Assembly: GCA_944362705.1 (NCBI GenBank)
Contig: CALVTO010000001.1
Coordinates: forward strand, 147,623 to 211,622
DNA length: 64,000 bases
Direction of reading: 5' to 3'
Origin: an uncultured Clostridia bacterium
GTDB taxonomy: Bacteria; Bacillota; Clostridia; Christensenellales; UBA1242
Under the pieces are notes generated by a model. That model ran no database searches and was not told the origin of the DNA. It saw nothing but the letters and a program-made list of their open reading frames with translations. Positions 1 to 12,150 of the stretch are shown here, in pieces. The position numbers were made by a program, and so were the translations under genes. How positions within the stretch are numbered: position 1 is the stretch's first letter; each line of letters opens with the position of its first letter.

Positions 1-1
1 A

Positions 2-1300
2 GTAGTAAATGAACATGGGCAAACGGTGGTGGTTTCTGTTTACGTGCCTTTAACGAACGGCTCTATGGGATTTAAAACATCGTATTTACAAACGGGTGAA
101 ATTATTTTAGCTAGGGGCGCTTTTACTTCAGAGGGCTACCCAACAGCCATTAAAGAATCGGGAAATTCTATCCACTTTTACAGAGAAGAATTTTTAGTTC
201 CTACTATTTTTGACTTTTTACCGAAAATTTCTTACGTGCCTTTAGATGGCATGGAAGAAATGTTTGATACGAGTTGGTTAAACGCTGTATCGCAGACGGT
301 TTTAGGCGTTGATATTCATCAGTTTATTCCTTATTTTTATTACAATTTTGAATTTTCTGCGATGTTCACTGTGGCGGAAGATGTGGTTGCCGTTGTAAAC
401 AACAGCGAACTTATTTTAAATTATAACTGGTCGGCGGGGCTCTCTTCGACGAACTTCTACTATAACTTAAATTTCAATTTTCTTATTTTATTTTTTGCTA
501 TTACCTTAATTTTGTATACATTGCTAACCATGATGTGGGGTTTAATTGGCAGGGTATTTGAAATGATGCTTTTAATGATTTCGTACCCGGTTGCTGCGGC
601 TACGGTTACGCTGGATGGTGGTTCTAGGCATCAAAATTGGACAAAAGCCTTTGTGGGCAAGTTGTTTATGTGCTATGGTATTGTGATTATGATGCAATTA
701 ACTTTAGTGCTTTCTAAAGTTATTTTCGGTTTGGAAATTTTTACGGTGCAAGACTTTGAAAATTCTTTCTTATTAACCATGCCTTTATTTAAAGGCTTTA
801 CTCCGCAAAATGCAGCTGTTTTAATGAATAGACTTACGCAAGTTTTATTGCTTTTAGTGTTGTTCTCTATGATGGCTGTTGGCAACTTAAATAAAAAAGA
901 TAAAAATACCGGTACGGTAAAAAGCGGTACGGGTGTTAAACTTATTAACGATTTAATTAACACTGGCGAAGATGTGCTTACGTCGGGTGCGAGTGTGCAG
1001 AAGGCAACTTCTTCGGTTATGCATAAAACAGCTGATATGATAAATGGTAAATTTCTTGTGGATCAATCTTCCAAAGCGATGGAAAACGTTTTTGGCAAGA
1101 AAAACAAAGAAACGGGTCAACGAGAAGGCGGTTTTGTTGAATTTATTCCTGGTGTGGCTTTGTCTAGAACGATGCGCGAGGGGAATAACTCTAGGAGAAA
1201 GGCTTCAAAAATTGATGGTGATATAACTGAATTGATGGCGGCTGCTTCCGGGGGCTCGCGTAAGGATATTGAAACCATTGTTGACAGAATGACGCCGTAG
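2..1300 (+). CDS. 5'-truncated (window edge) polytopic membrane protein, function unknown
   Basis: The frame is open from nt 2, with no stop before the listed GTG at 26. Several hydrophobic helices are present (e.g. FLILFFAITLILYTLLTMMWGLIG, LFMCYGIVIMMQLTLVLSKVIFGL). It ends at TAG 1298-1300. No family recognised. Confidence 0.6.
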   Translation, partial: VVNEHGQTVVVSVYVPLTNGSMGFKTSYLQTGEIILARGAFTSEGYPTAIKESGNSIHFYREEFLVPTIFDFLPKISYVPLDGMEEMFDTSWLNAVSQTVLGVDIHQFIPYFYYNFEFSAMFTVAEDVVAVVNNSELILNYNWSAGLSSTNFYYNLNFNFLILFFAITLILYTLLTMMWGLIGRVFEMMLLMISYPVAAATVTLDGGSRHQNWTKAFVGKLFMCYGIVIMMQLTLVLSKVIFGLEIFTVQDFENSFLLTMPLFKGFTPQNAAVLMNRLTQVLLLLVLFSMMAVGNLNKKDKNTGTVKSGTGVKLINDLINTGEDVLTSGASVQKATSSVMHKTADMINGKFLVDQSSKAMENVFGKKNKETGQREGGFVEFIPGVALSRTMREGNNSRRKASKIDGDITELMAAASGGSRKDIETIVDRMTP

Positions 1301-1564
1301 CATGCGTCGAGAGGTACTGCAGATACAGATACGGCAGAAAGGGGTTCTGCAACGAACAATCATGCAGGAAGTGGAAATACTTCCAACGATGCACAAAACC
1401 CTAATACGCAAAATGAAGAACATGGTAATTTAACGGGTGATAATGCTGAAAATAATGCTGAAGATAATGCAGAGACCACATCTGCTGAGCGTTCTTCATC
1501 TGCTGAGAGTTCTTCATCTGCTGAGCCTTCTTCATCTGCTGCGTCTTCTTCAAATGAAACGTAA
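1301..1564 (+). other. Start-less, stop-free 87-codon continuation of the preceding frame after TAG (acidic/Ser-rich tail), ending at TAA 1562-1564
   Basis: Hand translation in the same frame gives HASRGTADTDTAERGSATNNHAGSGNTSNDAQNPNTQNEEHGNLTGDNAENNAEDNAETTSAERSSSAESSSSAEPSSSAASSSNET*. There is no in-frame ATG/GTG/TTG. The repeats are codon-phased. Confidence 0.4.
1481..1552 (+). repeat. 4 x 18-nt tandem repeat (tctgctgag-nnt-tcttca) encoding SAExSS units
   Basis: Units start at 1481, 1499, 1517 and 1535. It is preceded by an imperfect 12-nt (g/a)ataatgc(t/a)ga(a/g) x3 repeat (DNAE/NNAE/DNAE). Confidence 0.9.
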
Positions 1565-1770
1565 ACGCTGGTTAAAGTGGAAAAAAGTGTGGATATAATG
1601 AAACGGCAGAATTTGTTTTTCGAAATTCACAATACATATAGGTTTGTTAGTTTTTTGCGTATCAAAATGAAAAAATGATAAAAAAAGAAACATAATGAAG
1701 TTACTACCAACAAAAGTTGTGTATATGACGGACATGGTATAAGGTGTTTATAAAAAATGATATATTATAA

Positions 1771-2802
<1,032 letters not shown>

Positions 2803-2896
2803 ATTATTTGATTTTTGACGGCTTTTATATGGGGCGTTACGCAATATGCTTGCTTTATTGCGAATAGGAAAAACAAAAGGTGAAGTGTGTAAGAAT

Positions 2897-3400
2897 ATGG
2901 AAGTTAGAGATTTATATGATGTAAACCGAAGAAAAACGGGTGAAGTTATTTGCAAAGGCGAACCTGTGCCAAAAGGTAGATATTATGTAACGGTGATGGT
3001 ATTCATTCAAAACACAAAGGGTGAATTTTTGCTCCAACAGCGTTCTTTGGAAAAAGGAGGGCAATGGGCCACAACAGGAGGTCACCCTAAAGCAGGAGAA
3101 ACAAGTTTGCAAGGCATTTGTACAGAAATAGAGGAAGAACTTGGTATTAAAATTCCCGCAAGGCAATTGCGTTTATTTGAAACGATAAAAACCGAAGATG
3201 ATTTTGTGGATTTGTATTATGTAAAAAAAGATATAGATATACATGCCGTAAAAATGCAGGAAGAAGAAGTGCAAAATGTAGGTTGGTTTACGCTATCTCA
3301 AATACAACAACTTATACAACAAGGCTTGTTTTTTAAAGCGCACATAGGCGTGCTAAATCAATGCATTGCGTTTATTCAAAGCGAACAAAAAAAGTTGTAA
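2897..3400 (+). CDS. NUDIX hydrolase
   Basis: Nudix box GGHPKAGETSLQGICTEIEEELGI. The start is uncertain (ORF opens at 2846; MEVRDLY at 2897). Confidence 0.75.
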   Translation: MEVRDLYDVNRRKTGEVICKGEPVPKGRYYVTVMVFIQNTKGEFLLQQRSLEKGGQWATTGGHPKAGETSLQGICTEIEEELGIKIPARQLRLFETIKTEDDFVDLYYVKKDIDIHAVKMQEEEVQNVGWFTLSQIQQLIQQGLFFKAHIGVLNQCIAFIQSEQKKL

Positions 3401-3448
3401 AAATATAAACATGCGTACATTTAAAAAAATGTATGAATACATATAAAA

Positions 3449-3482
3449 GAACTTTGCCAATAAAAGCAAAGTTCTTTTTTTT
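3449..3482 (+). terminator. Rho-independent terminator
   Basis: gaactttgc-N8-gcaaagttc followed by T8. Confidence 0.8.
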
Positions 3483-3709
3483 ATACGTATTTTGCCATGC
3501 AACATATACAACATTGTGTTTGTATACATTTGTTTATATGATGTGTAAAAAATAGTTTTTGTAAATAATGTACATAATTTGTGTAATACTTTAAACTTAA
3601 ACAGGTAAAACAGTAAGGGTGCACCGTGGGTAAGAAACGTAAAAAATGTTTTATAACTCTTTTACATTTTAAAAAAAATATGGTACTCTTTACATAATGA
3701 GGTAATAGT

Positions 3710-4609
3710 ATGGGAATACGTGTTTGTCCGCGATGTGCGAGCATTGTGTATGGGAAAAAGAAAAGTTGCCCCAATTGTGGGTATGTTTTTGATGAAGAGA
3801 AAAAGTTGACAACAGATATAGAAAAACAATCTTCACAATTCTTGACTAAAAATGAACGAAAAAATGTTGCAAACGCGCAAGAAAATAAAGAAGGTGCGCC
3901 TACGGACGCTTCTGCAAATGCCGTGCATGCAGAAAATGTGCAAGAAACTCAAAACGAACAGAAAACAACGAAACGACATAAACATAAACCAAAACGTAAG
4001 CATGTGGCTATGAATGTTGACGAGGTTGTAAAACAAGAGGGTATTGTTGCAAAAAAACAAGAAGATGGTACCTATACCATTGATACATCTGATGTAACTT
4101 ATTTACCGCAAGACGCAAGTTATTCGGTAAAAAAAGCCCGTGGGGAATATACTCCGCCTAAAATTCAATGGTGGGAAATATACAAATGGGCAGACCTTTA
4201 TTTAGCGAGAAGAAAAATAAAAAAACAAGTGAATAAAGCTGCGGTAAAAAAACCAGAAGAAATTTCTTATGTTAAAATGTTTTTCTTGGCGTTGTTTTTA
4301 GGTTGGTTTGGCGCGCATGTGTTTTATGCGAACGATAAAAAACGTGGTTGGGCTATGCTTATTATGACGGTTGTTTGCTTTTCTTGCGCAACAGTTATTA
4401 TGAAATACAGTTCTATGCAATACTGGTTAGGTACGGTTGTTGGTGTGCTTGGTTTAATTTTGTTTTGCATGTGGATTTCGGACCTTGTTCGTATACTATT
4501 TAAAAAGTTCCGATTCCGCGACTCAAAACTAGATTTTATACGTACGCTTGATATTAAAACGCGTGCAACGCTAAGCAAAAAATATATTGATTTGGAGAAA
4601 ATAAAATAA
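3710..4609 (+). CDS. Zinc-ribbon / TM2-domain membrane protein
   Basis: N-terminal CPRC...CPNC zinc ribbon, a Lys/Glu-rich linker and a C-terminal TM2-like FFLALFLGWFGAHVFYANDKKRGW. SD gaggt. Confidence 0.75.
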   Translation: MGIRVCPRCASIVYGKKKSCPNCGYVFDEEKKLTTDIEKQSSQFLTKNERKNVANAQENKEGAPTDASANAVHAENVQETQNEQKTTKRHKHKPKRKHVAMNVDEVVKQEGIVAKKQEDGTYTIDTSDVTYLPQDASYSVKKARGEYTPPKIQWWEIYKWADLYLARRKIKKQVNKAAVKKPEEISYVKMFFLALFLGWFGAHVFYANDKKRGWAMLIMTVVCFSCATVIMKYSSMQYWLGTVVGVLGLILFCMWISDLVRILFKKFRFRDSKLDFIRTLDIKTRATLSKKYIDLEKIK

Positions 4610-5734
4610 ATGGAAAAAAATCCAAAAGACATGACAGTTGTTGTGGGTATGAGCGGAGGTGTAGATTCTTCCGTGGTTGCTTTATTATTAAAACAACAAG
4701 GGTATAACGTTATTGGATTATTTATGAACAACTGGCAAGAAGAACATGGCGGAGTTTGTACAGCGGTGGACGATTACGCTGATGTAAAGCGTGTGGCAGG
4801 CAAATTGGGTATTCCGTATTATAGTATTGATTTTTCAAAAGAATATATGGATAGAGTATTTCAGTACTTTTTAAAAGAATATGCAGAAGGCCGTACGCCC
4901 AACCCAGATGTATTATGTAACCGTGAAATAAAATTTGGTCCGTTTTTAGAATTTGCCAAAAGCATTGGGGCAGACAAGGTGGCGACAGGACATTATGCAA
5001 ATGTAGAAGAAAAAGATGGTAAGTTTTATTTAAAAAAAGCCGTTGACCAAAACAAAGACCAAACGTATTTTTTGCATCAGCTTTCGCAAGAGCAACTTGG
5101 TATGGCAATGTTTCCCATTGGTAACTTAGAAAAACCAGAAATTCGAAACATAGCGCATGAAAACGATTTTGTAACCGCTGATAAAAAAGATAGCACAGGT
5201 ATATGTTTTATTGGCGAACGCAATTTTAAAAACTTTTTAAAGGAATTTTTGCCCGCAAAACAGGGGGATATTGTAGATAAACGTACGGGTAAAATTGTAG
5301 GCAAACACGAGGGTGTTATGTATTACACCTTAGGGCAACGTAGAGGCTTAGGTATTGGCGGTTATAAAGACGGCAACGGTGAAAGTTGGTTTGTGGTAGA
5401 TAAAGATGTAAAGAAAAACATTTTATATGTTACCCAAGGGGAAGGCAAAGAACTGTTTTCACATGGGTGTGTGGTAAAGAATATGAATTGGATACCTGAA
5501 AAACCAAGTGTTACTTCATTTGATTGTTATGCAAAACTTAGGTACAGGCAACCTGAGCAAAAGGTGCATGTGACGATTTGTGATGATGGTTCTATAAAGT
5601 TACAATTTTATGAACCACAACGTGCCGTAACGCCAGGGCAATTTGCTGTGTTGTATTCTACCGGTCCGTTAGAAGACGGGTATTGTTTGGGTGGCGGTGT
5701 GATTGATACTGTTATATTCGACCCAAACAAATAA
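4610..5734 (+). CDS. mnmA: tRNA 2-thiouridine(34) synthase MnmA
   Basis: PP-loop VVGMSGGVDSSV, RTPNPDVLCN and DQTYFL motifs. The ATG directly abuts the upstream TAA. Confidence 0.95.
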   Translation: MEKNPKDMTVVVGMSGGVDSSVVALLLKQQGYNVIGLFMNNWQEEHGGVCTAVDDYADVKRVAGKLGIPYYSIDFSKEYMDRVFQYFLKEYAEGRTPNPDVLCNREIKFGPFLEFAKSIGADKVATGHYANVEEKDGKFYLKKAVDQNKDQTYFLHQLSQEQLGMAMFPIGNLEKPEIRNIAHENDFVTADKKDSTGICFIGERNFKNFLKEFLPAKQGDIVDKRTGKIVGKHEGVMYYTLGQRRGLGIGGYKDGNGESWFVVDKDVKKNILYVTQGEGKELFSHGCVVKNMNWIPEKPSVTSFDCYAKLRYRQPEQKVHVTICDDGSIKLQFYEPQRAVTPGQFAVLYSTGPLEDGYCLGGGVIDTVIFDPNK

Positions 5735-5823
5735 CGTTTACATATACATGTATAAACGTGTGTTATGCTCACAAAATGTGTTTATAAACATGATAGGAAT
5801 AATAAAAAAAATAAGGAGAAATT

Positions 5824-6840
5824 ATGGAAAAAATTCGTTTGGTTTCGGGGTTAAGACCAACGGGTAAATTGCATGTGGGGCACTATGTTGGGGCGTTGCA
5901 AAACTTGGTGGCGTTTCAAGAAAGTGGAAAATATGATTCTTTTATTTTTATTGCTGACGTGCAAGCCTTTACCGATAATGCCGACAACCCTGAAAAAATT
6001 AAACATAGTGTGGATGATTTAATGCTTGATCTTTTGGCTTGCGGGTTAGATCCAGAAAAAACCACTTTGTTTGTGCAAAGTCAAATACCACAACTTCATG
6101 AATTATGTATGTATTACATGAACTTGGTAACGCTTTCACGCCTAGAACGTAACCCTACCGTAAAAACAGAACTGAAAGAACGCGGGTTTGGTAAAAGTGT
6201 ACCCGTTGGTTTTTTGGTGTATCCAATTAGTCAGGCGGCAGATATTACAGCGTTTAAAGCAAAAGTGGTTCCTTGCGGGGAAGACCAGTTACCATTATTA
6301 GAGCAAGCACGTGAAATTGTACGTGCATTTAACAAAACGTATGGTGAAACTTTAGTAGAAGCAGATGCTCTTTTAGCAAAAGAAAAAACAGCAAGAAGGC
6401 TTATGGGTACCGACGGTAACGCAAAAATGAGCAAAAGTTTAGGCAACTGTATTTATCTTTCCGATGACGATGAAACCATTCGCAAAGCGGTTATGGGCAT
6501 GTATACCGACCCTGACCATATTCATGTAAACGACCCTGGTAAAATAGAAGGGAATGTGGTGTTTGCTTATTTAGATGTATTTGCACCAAACAAACAAGAA
6601 GTGGAGGAGATGAAGGCACATTACCAACGCGGTGGGTTAGGCGATGTTGTGGTAAAAAAATATTTGGTAAAAGTATTACAAGATTTTATTCGTCCTATTC
6701 GCGAACGCAGAGAAGCTTTACAAAAAAACATGGCTTATGTGCGTGATGTGTTTAAAAAGGGTAGTTTGCGCGCGCAACAAGTGGCCGAACAAACATTAAA
6801 AAAAGTACGTAAAAGTATGCAAATAGAGTATTTTAACTAA
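5824..6840 (+). CDS. trpS: Tryptophan--tRNA ligase, paralogue 1 (HVGH / KMSKS type)
   Basis: 338 aa class I aaRS: SGLRPTGKLHVGHYVGAL, GEDQLPLLEQAREIV, KMSKSLGN. AAGGAG SD. Only about 90 nt of upstream leader, so no T-box is possible. Confidence 0.9.
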   Translation: MEKIRLVSGLRPTGKLHVGHYVGALQNLVAFQESGKYDSFIFIADVQAFTDNADNPEKIKHSVDDLMLDLLACGLDPEKTTLFVQSQIPQLHELCMYYMNLVTLSRLERNPTVKTELKERGFGKSVPVGFLVYPISQAADITAFKAKVVPCGEDQLPLLEQAREIVRAFNKTYGETLVEADALLAKEKTARRLMGTDGNAKMSKSLGNCIYLSDDDETIRKAVMGMYTDPDHIHVNDPGKIEGNVVFAYLDVFAPNKQEVEEMKAHYQRGGLGDVVVKKYLVKVLQDFIRPIRERREALQKNMAYVRDVFKKGSLRAQQVAEQTLKKVRKSMQIEYFN

Positions 6841-6870
6841 AAGCAAGGAATAGCCTTGCTTTTTCTTTTG
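6841..6870 (+). terminator. Rho-independent terminator after trpS-1
   Basis: aagcaagg-aatag-ccttgctt followed by a T-rich run. Confidence 0.75.
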
Positions 6871-6886
6871 TTTTTTCTACAAAGCC

Positions 6887-6915
6887 TTGCAATTTTTTAA
6901 AAACTTGTTTATACT
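6887..6915 (+). promoter_or_regulatory. Sigma-A-type promoter of proS
   Basis: TTGCAA (6887-6892), 17-nt spacer, TATACT (6910-6915). Confidence 0.6.
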
Positions 6916-6937
6916 ACAAAGTATTGGGAGAACACGT

Positions 6938-8635
6938 ATGTTATATTCAAAATTTTTATTACCAACTATGAAAAATGAACCTAGCGATATGGACTCTACC
7001 AGTCAAAAGCTAATGGCTCGCAGTGGTATGATTCGAAAAGTTTCTTCGGGGTTATTTTACTATTTGCCATATTTTAATATGTTGTTACGTAAAGTTTCTT
7101 ATGAAATTCGAAGAAGTATGGATGCCATGCATTGCAATGAAATGAAATTTCCTATTTTGGTTTCACAAGAAATTTTAGAAAAAACGGGTAGGTGGACAGC
7201 TTTTGGCAAAGAAATGTTTTCGCTAAAAGATAGAAATGGCAACGGGTATGCCATTTCGCCAACCAATGAAGAGTATGCAACGCTTGTGGCTAAAATGTTT
7301 ATAAAAAGTTATAACGATTTGCCATTTTCTGTGTATCAAATACAGCAAAAACACAGAGATGAAATTCGTCCTAGAAATGGTGTGATTCGTGCGCGTGAAT
7401 TTACGATGAAAGACGCGTATTCTTTCCACGCAACGGAAGATGAAGCGATTTCGTATTACCAGAAAATGAAGCAAGAGTATACCAACTTGTTTACACGCTT
7501 AGGATTAAAAACATTTGCTGTAAAAGCAGATAGTGGTGCTATGGGTGGCAACCTTTGTGAAGAATTTATGGCTGTTGCTGATGAAGGCGAAACGCCACTT
7601 GCTTTTTGTGACAATTGCGGATATGCGGCAAACTTAGAGGTTGTTCCTGTAACCAATACCTATGTAGAACAAAACGGATTTAAAGGCAGATATAAAAAAG
7701 TAATTACCGAGCGCGCGCACACGGTAAAAGAACTTATGGATATGTTGCAAATGCCTGCAACAAGCTTTGTAAAAAGTATGGTATACATGGCGGACGACAA
7801 ACCGGTAGTGGCACTTGTTCGTGGAGATAGACAGGTAAACGAAGTAAAATTGAAAAATGTATTAAAATGCAATGTGTTAGAACTTGCAACCGTAAAAGAT
7901 ATTGAAAAAATAGGTTCAGTTTGCGGTTTTGTTGGGCCTGTTGGCATGCGAGAAGATATACCTATTTTTGCTGATTACGAAATTATGCAAATGCAAAATT
8001 TTGTCGTTGGTGGCAATGAAAAAGATATTCATTTATTAGATGTAAACGTAAAGGATTTTTCTTGCAAGTGGGTAGATTTACGTTTTGCTGAACAGGGAGA
8101 TGTTTGCCCAATTTGTGGTAAGCCATTAAAAACCGCTATGGGAACAGAGCTTGGGCATATTTTCGTATTGGGTCAAAAGTATACAAAGAGTTTAGATGCT
8201 ACCTTTATTGATAACCAGGGTAAAACACAAACCTTATATGGTGGTTGCTATGGTATTGGCTTAGAACGTGTGGTTGCTTCTATTATTGACCAACATCATG
8301 ATGAAAAGGGCCTAGTATTACCTACGGTTGTAGCACCGTTTAAAGTAGATGTAATTGTTGTTGATACGAAAAATGAAGCGCAAATGGAAACGGCAACTAT
8401 GCTGTATGAAAAATTAGAAAATGCAGGTATACCTGTATTGTTTGACGACCGCAAAGAAAGAGTTGGTGTAAAATTTAACGATTTCGAACTTGTGGGTATT
8501 CCTATAAAAGTTGTTTGCGGACGAGATGTGACACAAGGCATGGTAGAAGTGGGTGTGCGTGAAACAGGAACTGTGGAAAAAGTAGATATACAACATGTTG
8601 TGCATACTATACAAAATTTAGTGAAGAAGGGTTAA
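6938..8635 (+). CDS. proS: Proline--tRNA ligase (bacterial type with insertion/editing domain)
   Basis: Class II motifs (REFTMKDAYSFH, GCYGIGLERV). MLYSKFLLPT start with GGGAG SD. The ORF-track start 6887 lies in the promoter. Confidence 0.93.
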   Translation: MLYSKFLLPTMKNEPSDMDSTSQKLMARSGMIRKVSSGLFYYLPYFNMLLRKVSYEIRRSMDAMHCNEMKFPILVSQEILEKTGRWTAFGKEMFSLKDRNGNGYAISPTNEEYATLVAKMFIKSYNDLPFSVYQIQQKHRDEIRPRNGVIRAREFTMKDAYSFHATEDEAISYYQKMKQEYTNLFTRLGLKTFAVKADSGAMGGNLCEEFMAVADEGETPLAFCDNCGYAANLEVVPVTNTYVEQNGFKGRYKKVITERAHTVKELMDMLQMPATSFVKSMVYMADDKPVVALVRGDRQVNEVKLKNVLKCNVLELATVKDIEKIGSVCGFVGPVGMREDIPIFADYEIMQMQNFVVGGNEKDIHLLDVNVKDFSCKWVDLRFAEQGDVCPICGKPLKTAMGTELGHIFVLGQKYTKSLDATFIDNQGKTQTLYGGCYGIGLERVVASIIDQHHDEKGLVLPTVVAPFKVDVIVVDTKNEAQMETATMLYEKLENAGIPVLFDDRKERVGVKFNDFELVGIPIKVVCGRDVTQGMVEVGVRETGTVEKVDIQHVVHTIQNLVKKG

Positions 8636-8639
8636 TACA

Positions 8640-8975
8640 ATGAGTGGAGAAGAAGTAAAAAAAATGGCCGAACATTGTCAAAATGAAAATGTTTCAGCAT
8701 TGGTGAAACGAATTAAGCAACTTGACCAAGAATTGCGTAAAATTTGTGAAGAAGATAATAAGTTGCATATGGAATATTTGCAAGCAAAAGACAATTTGTT
8801 TAGTGGTGAAAGAATAGATGAAATCATTATGGACAATATAAAGAATGCAATAGAAAATCAATGGCTTTTACGTATGCAAACAATGGAAGAAAGAGATGCT
8901 TGTGTTAGAGAATGTAAAAAATTATTGGATAAAGTTTTACCTAAAAATGATGAATTGAGTTCTAGAAATAGGTAG
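8640..8975 (+). CDS. Hypothetical coiled-coil protein (111 aa)
   Basis: ORF only, charged/helical composition, ends in TAG. Confidence 0.5.
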   Translation: MSGEEVKKMAEHCQNENVSALVKRIKQLDQELRKICEEDNKLHMEYLQAKDNLFSGERIDEIIMDNIKNAIENQWLLRMQTMEERDACVRECKKLLDKVLPKNDELSSRNR

Positions 8976-9020
8976 GTAATACGCATATAAACATACTGTT
9001 ATATATATAATGAATAAGAA

Positions 9021-9047
9021 AACTGGCAAATGTTTGTCAGTTTTTTT
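9021..9047 (+). terminator. Rho-independent terminator
   Basis: aactggcaaa/tttgtcagtt stem (one G-U pair) followed by T7. Confidence 0.6.
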
Positions 9048-9244
9048 ATATACATGATATATGGTTGTTGTGTAAAATTTTGTTTTATACTTTTTGTTAT
9101 AGCAAACTAGATGCGCGTGTTCCGTTTCTTGTTGCCCCATTTGCCTGTTCTTTATTTTTCTGCACGCGAAATATACGTTGTTATGTGGCAATAATTACAA
9201 ATGTATGTGAGTAAAATGAAGTTTTCAATTTTTTTAAAAAACGC

Positions 9245-9273
9245 TTGCATATTCTATAAAAAAGGCGTATATA
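9245..9273 (+). promoter_or_regulatory. Candidate upstream 16S promoter P1
   Basis: TTGCAT (9245-9250), 17 nt, TATATA (9268-9273). Confidence 0.45.
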
Positions 9274-9368
9274 CTATGGGTATGGCGTATAGAAAATACG
9301 CGGTTTTTGGCGCCTTTTTTAGAAATTTTAAAAACTTAAAAATTTTTTAAATTTTTTTGAAAAAAGTG

Positions 9369-9397
9369 TTGACACCCATATGTATATATGCTATTAT
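9369..9397 (+). promoter_or_regulatory. 16S promoter P2 (consensus -35, extended -10), preceded by an A/T-rich UP-like tract
   Basis: TTGACA (9369-9374), 17 nt ending in TGc, TATTAT (9392-9397). A stem-loop at 9404-9433 follows immediately. Confidence 0.7.
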
Positions 9398-9436
9398 ATG
9401 TTCGTTGCTCGCGCCAATAAGGGTGCTAGCAACAAC

Positions 9437-9452
9437 CGTTCCTTGAAAACTT
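9437..9452 (+). promoter_or_regulatory. boxA-like antitermination element in the 16S leader
   Basis: cgttccttgaaaactt resembles the Bacillus rrn leader boxA TGTTCTTTGAAAACT (from memory). It is preceded by a boxB-like hairpin. Confidence 0.45.
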
Positions 9453-9462
9453 AATATTTGAT
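9439..9462 (+). other. 5' strand of the 16S processing stem
   Basis: ttccttgaaaacttaatatttgat pairs with 11242-11262 (14 bp + 6 bp around a small internal loop). Confidence 0.75.
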
Positions 9463-9581
9463 TGATAGGTTTTTTTTTACAAGATTGTAAAATTAGTGTC
9501 CTTGAAATTTTTTTAAATTAACAAGTACTAAACAAACTTTACATACGCTAGTATAAAAGTTGGTTCTAGTTAGAATTTTTT

Positions 9582-11105
<1,524 letters not shown>

Positions 11106-11241
11106 AAAGGAGTAGCAGATTGCTACTTTTGTCGACGTACAATGTTTTTCATTGTATGAAATTGTTTACCTTTTGGGTAAATGTTCTCTTGTATATACAG
11201 TAAACATATACAAGTTATGATAAAAGGATATAACACACTAC

Positions 11242-11262
11242 ATCAAATATTAAGTTAAGGAA
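11242..11262 (+). other. 3' strand of the 16S processing stem
   Basis: atcaaatattaagttaaggaa is complementary to 9439-9462. Confidence 0.75.
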
Positions 11263-11270
11263 TGAAGAAA

Positions 11271-11300
11271 AACGAAGTGTACCGACACTTCGTTTTTTTT
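11271..11300 (+). terminator. Rho-independent terminator directly after the 16S processing stem
   Basis: aacgaagtgt-accg-acacttcgtt (10-bp perfect stem) followed by T8. Confidence 0.85.
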
Positions 11301-11395
11301 GTTGTGTTTATGTTTATATTTTTGTTTATGTTTTGTTTGGCAATGTGTGGTATATATTTTACTGTTTGCCTTGCTTTGTTAGAAACGTGTAAAAT

Positions 11396-11420
11396 AAAAG
11401 CGCCTAAAATAGGCGCTTTT
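11396..11420. terminator. Bidirectional hairpin at the 3' end of the GNAT gene
   Basis: aaaagcgcct-aaaat-aggcgctttt. Confidence 0.65.
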
Positions 11421-12150
11421 ATTTTACACGTTCGTTGTTCGTTTCCTCGGTTGTAAAAATGTTTGCCGTGTGTGCTTTGATTTGTTTGGTTGACGTACGT
11501 TTTTGTATGGATTGTATTTCAGGTGGCAAATTTACATGAAACGGATTGTATATTTTTATATTTTCACTAAGTGTGGTTGCAGATAATTCTTTTAATGTTT
11601 TATGATAAAGCTCTTTTATGGTAGGGGAGCGGAAATTTCCGTATAGCTCTTTTCCTACAAGGTCTTCTTCGCGGAATACGCGAATGTGTAGCCCGTGTTT
11701 GCCGTAAAAATTTTGTAAATAAGATACATTGCGAGGATTATTGGGCTGTAAAAAACCATGTGGCTGAAATATACTTTTTATAGAAACGCACCCAAAATCT
11801 ATTGCTCTTTTTTGCATTAGCGATATAAGTGCGTGCCCTAAACCATGGTTTTTATATGCTTCATTTACAGTTAAAATGGATAATGCCATGGCATGTAGGT
11901 TGCTCTCTGTTGGGTTTGTTGTAATTTGTGCGCTTATATTTCCAATGGGTTGAAATCTATGTTTATATGACGGATTATATGTATACGCAACAATATCGAT
12001 AGCATGTGTATCGGCATTATAATTTTGACAAATTTCTTTTAATACTAAAAACTCGTTATAGCGTGAAAAGAAAAGGTAGCAAGTATGGTTTTGGGCTTGC
12101 TCTTGTGCATATGTTAATAAATTCGTTCTACTTTGTTGGTTGTCTATCAT
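11419..12150 (-). CDS. GNAT-family acetyltransferase-like protein (243 aa)
   Basis: Acetyl-CoA motif-A-like LTVNEAYKNHGLGHALISLMQKRA (Q/R-x-x-G-x-G/A). The rest is unrecognised. Confidence 0.55.
   Translation of the reverse strand: MIDNQQSRTNLLTYAQEQAQNHTCYLFFSRYNEFLVLKEICQNYNADTHAIDIVAYTYNPSYKHRFQPIGNISAQITTNPTESNLHAMALSILTVNEAYKNHGLGHALISLMQKRAIDFGCVSIKSIFQPHGFLQPNNPRNVSYLQNFYGKHGLHIRVFREEDLVGKELYGNFRSPTIKELYHKTLKELSATTLSENIKIYNPFHVNLPPEIQSIQKRTSTKQIKAHTANIFTTEETNNERVK

Noticed and set aside
1298-1300. Genome-wide TAG reassignment / alternative genetic code
   Set aside because: TAG ends other well-defined genes (8973-8975, 22651-22653, 29888-29890) with stops following soon after in frame. 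TGA and TAA also serve as stops. The standard code fits all conserved proteins.
1117-1423. Three overlapping minus-strand ORFs in all three frames
   Set aside because: The purine-rich plus-strand composition removes TTA/CTA/TCA triplets. They are antisense to a coding region and have no SDs.
1441-1552. Short tandem repeats as a possible CRISPR or satellite
   Set aside because: The units are 12-18 nt, contiguous with no spacers, and codon-phased. They are a coding-type low-complexity repeat.
11262-11456. 64-aa plus-strand ORF (MKKNEVYRHF...)
   Set aside because: It starts in the 3' strand of the 16S processing stem and reads through the 16S terminator and the GNAT terminator hairpin. The hydrophobic sequence comes from T-runs.
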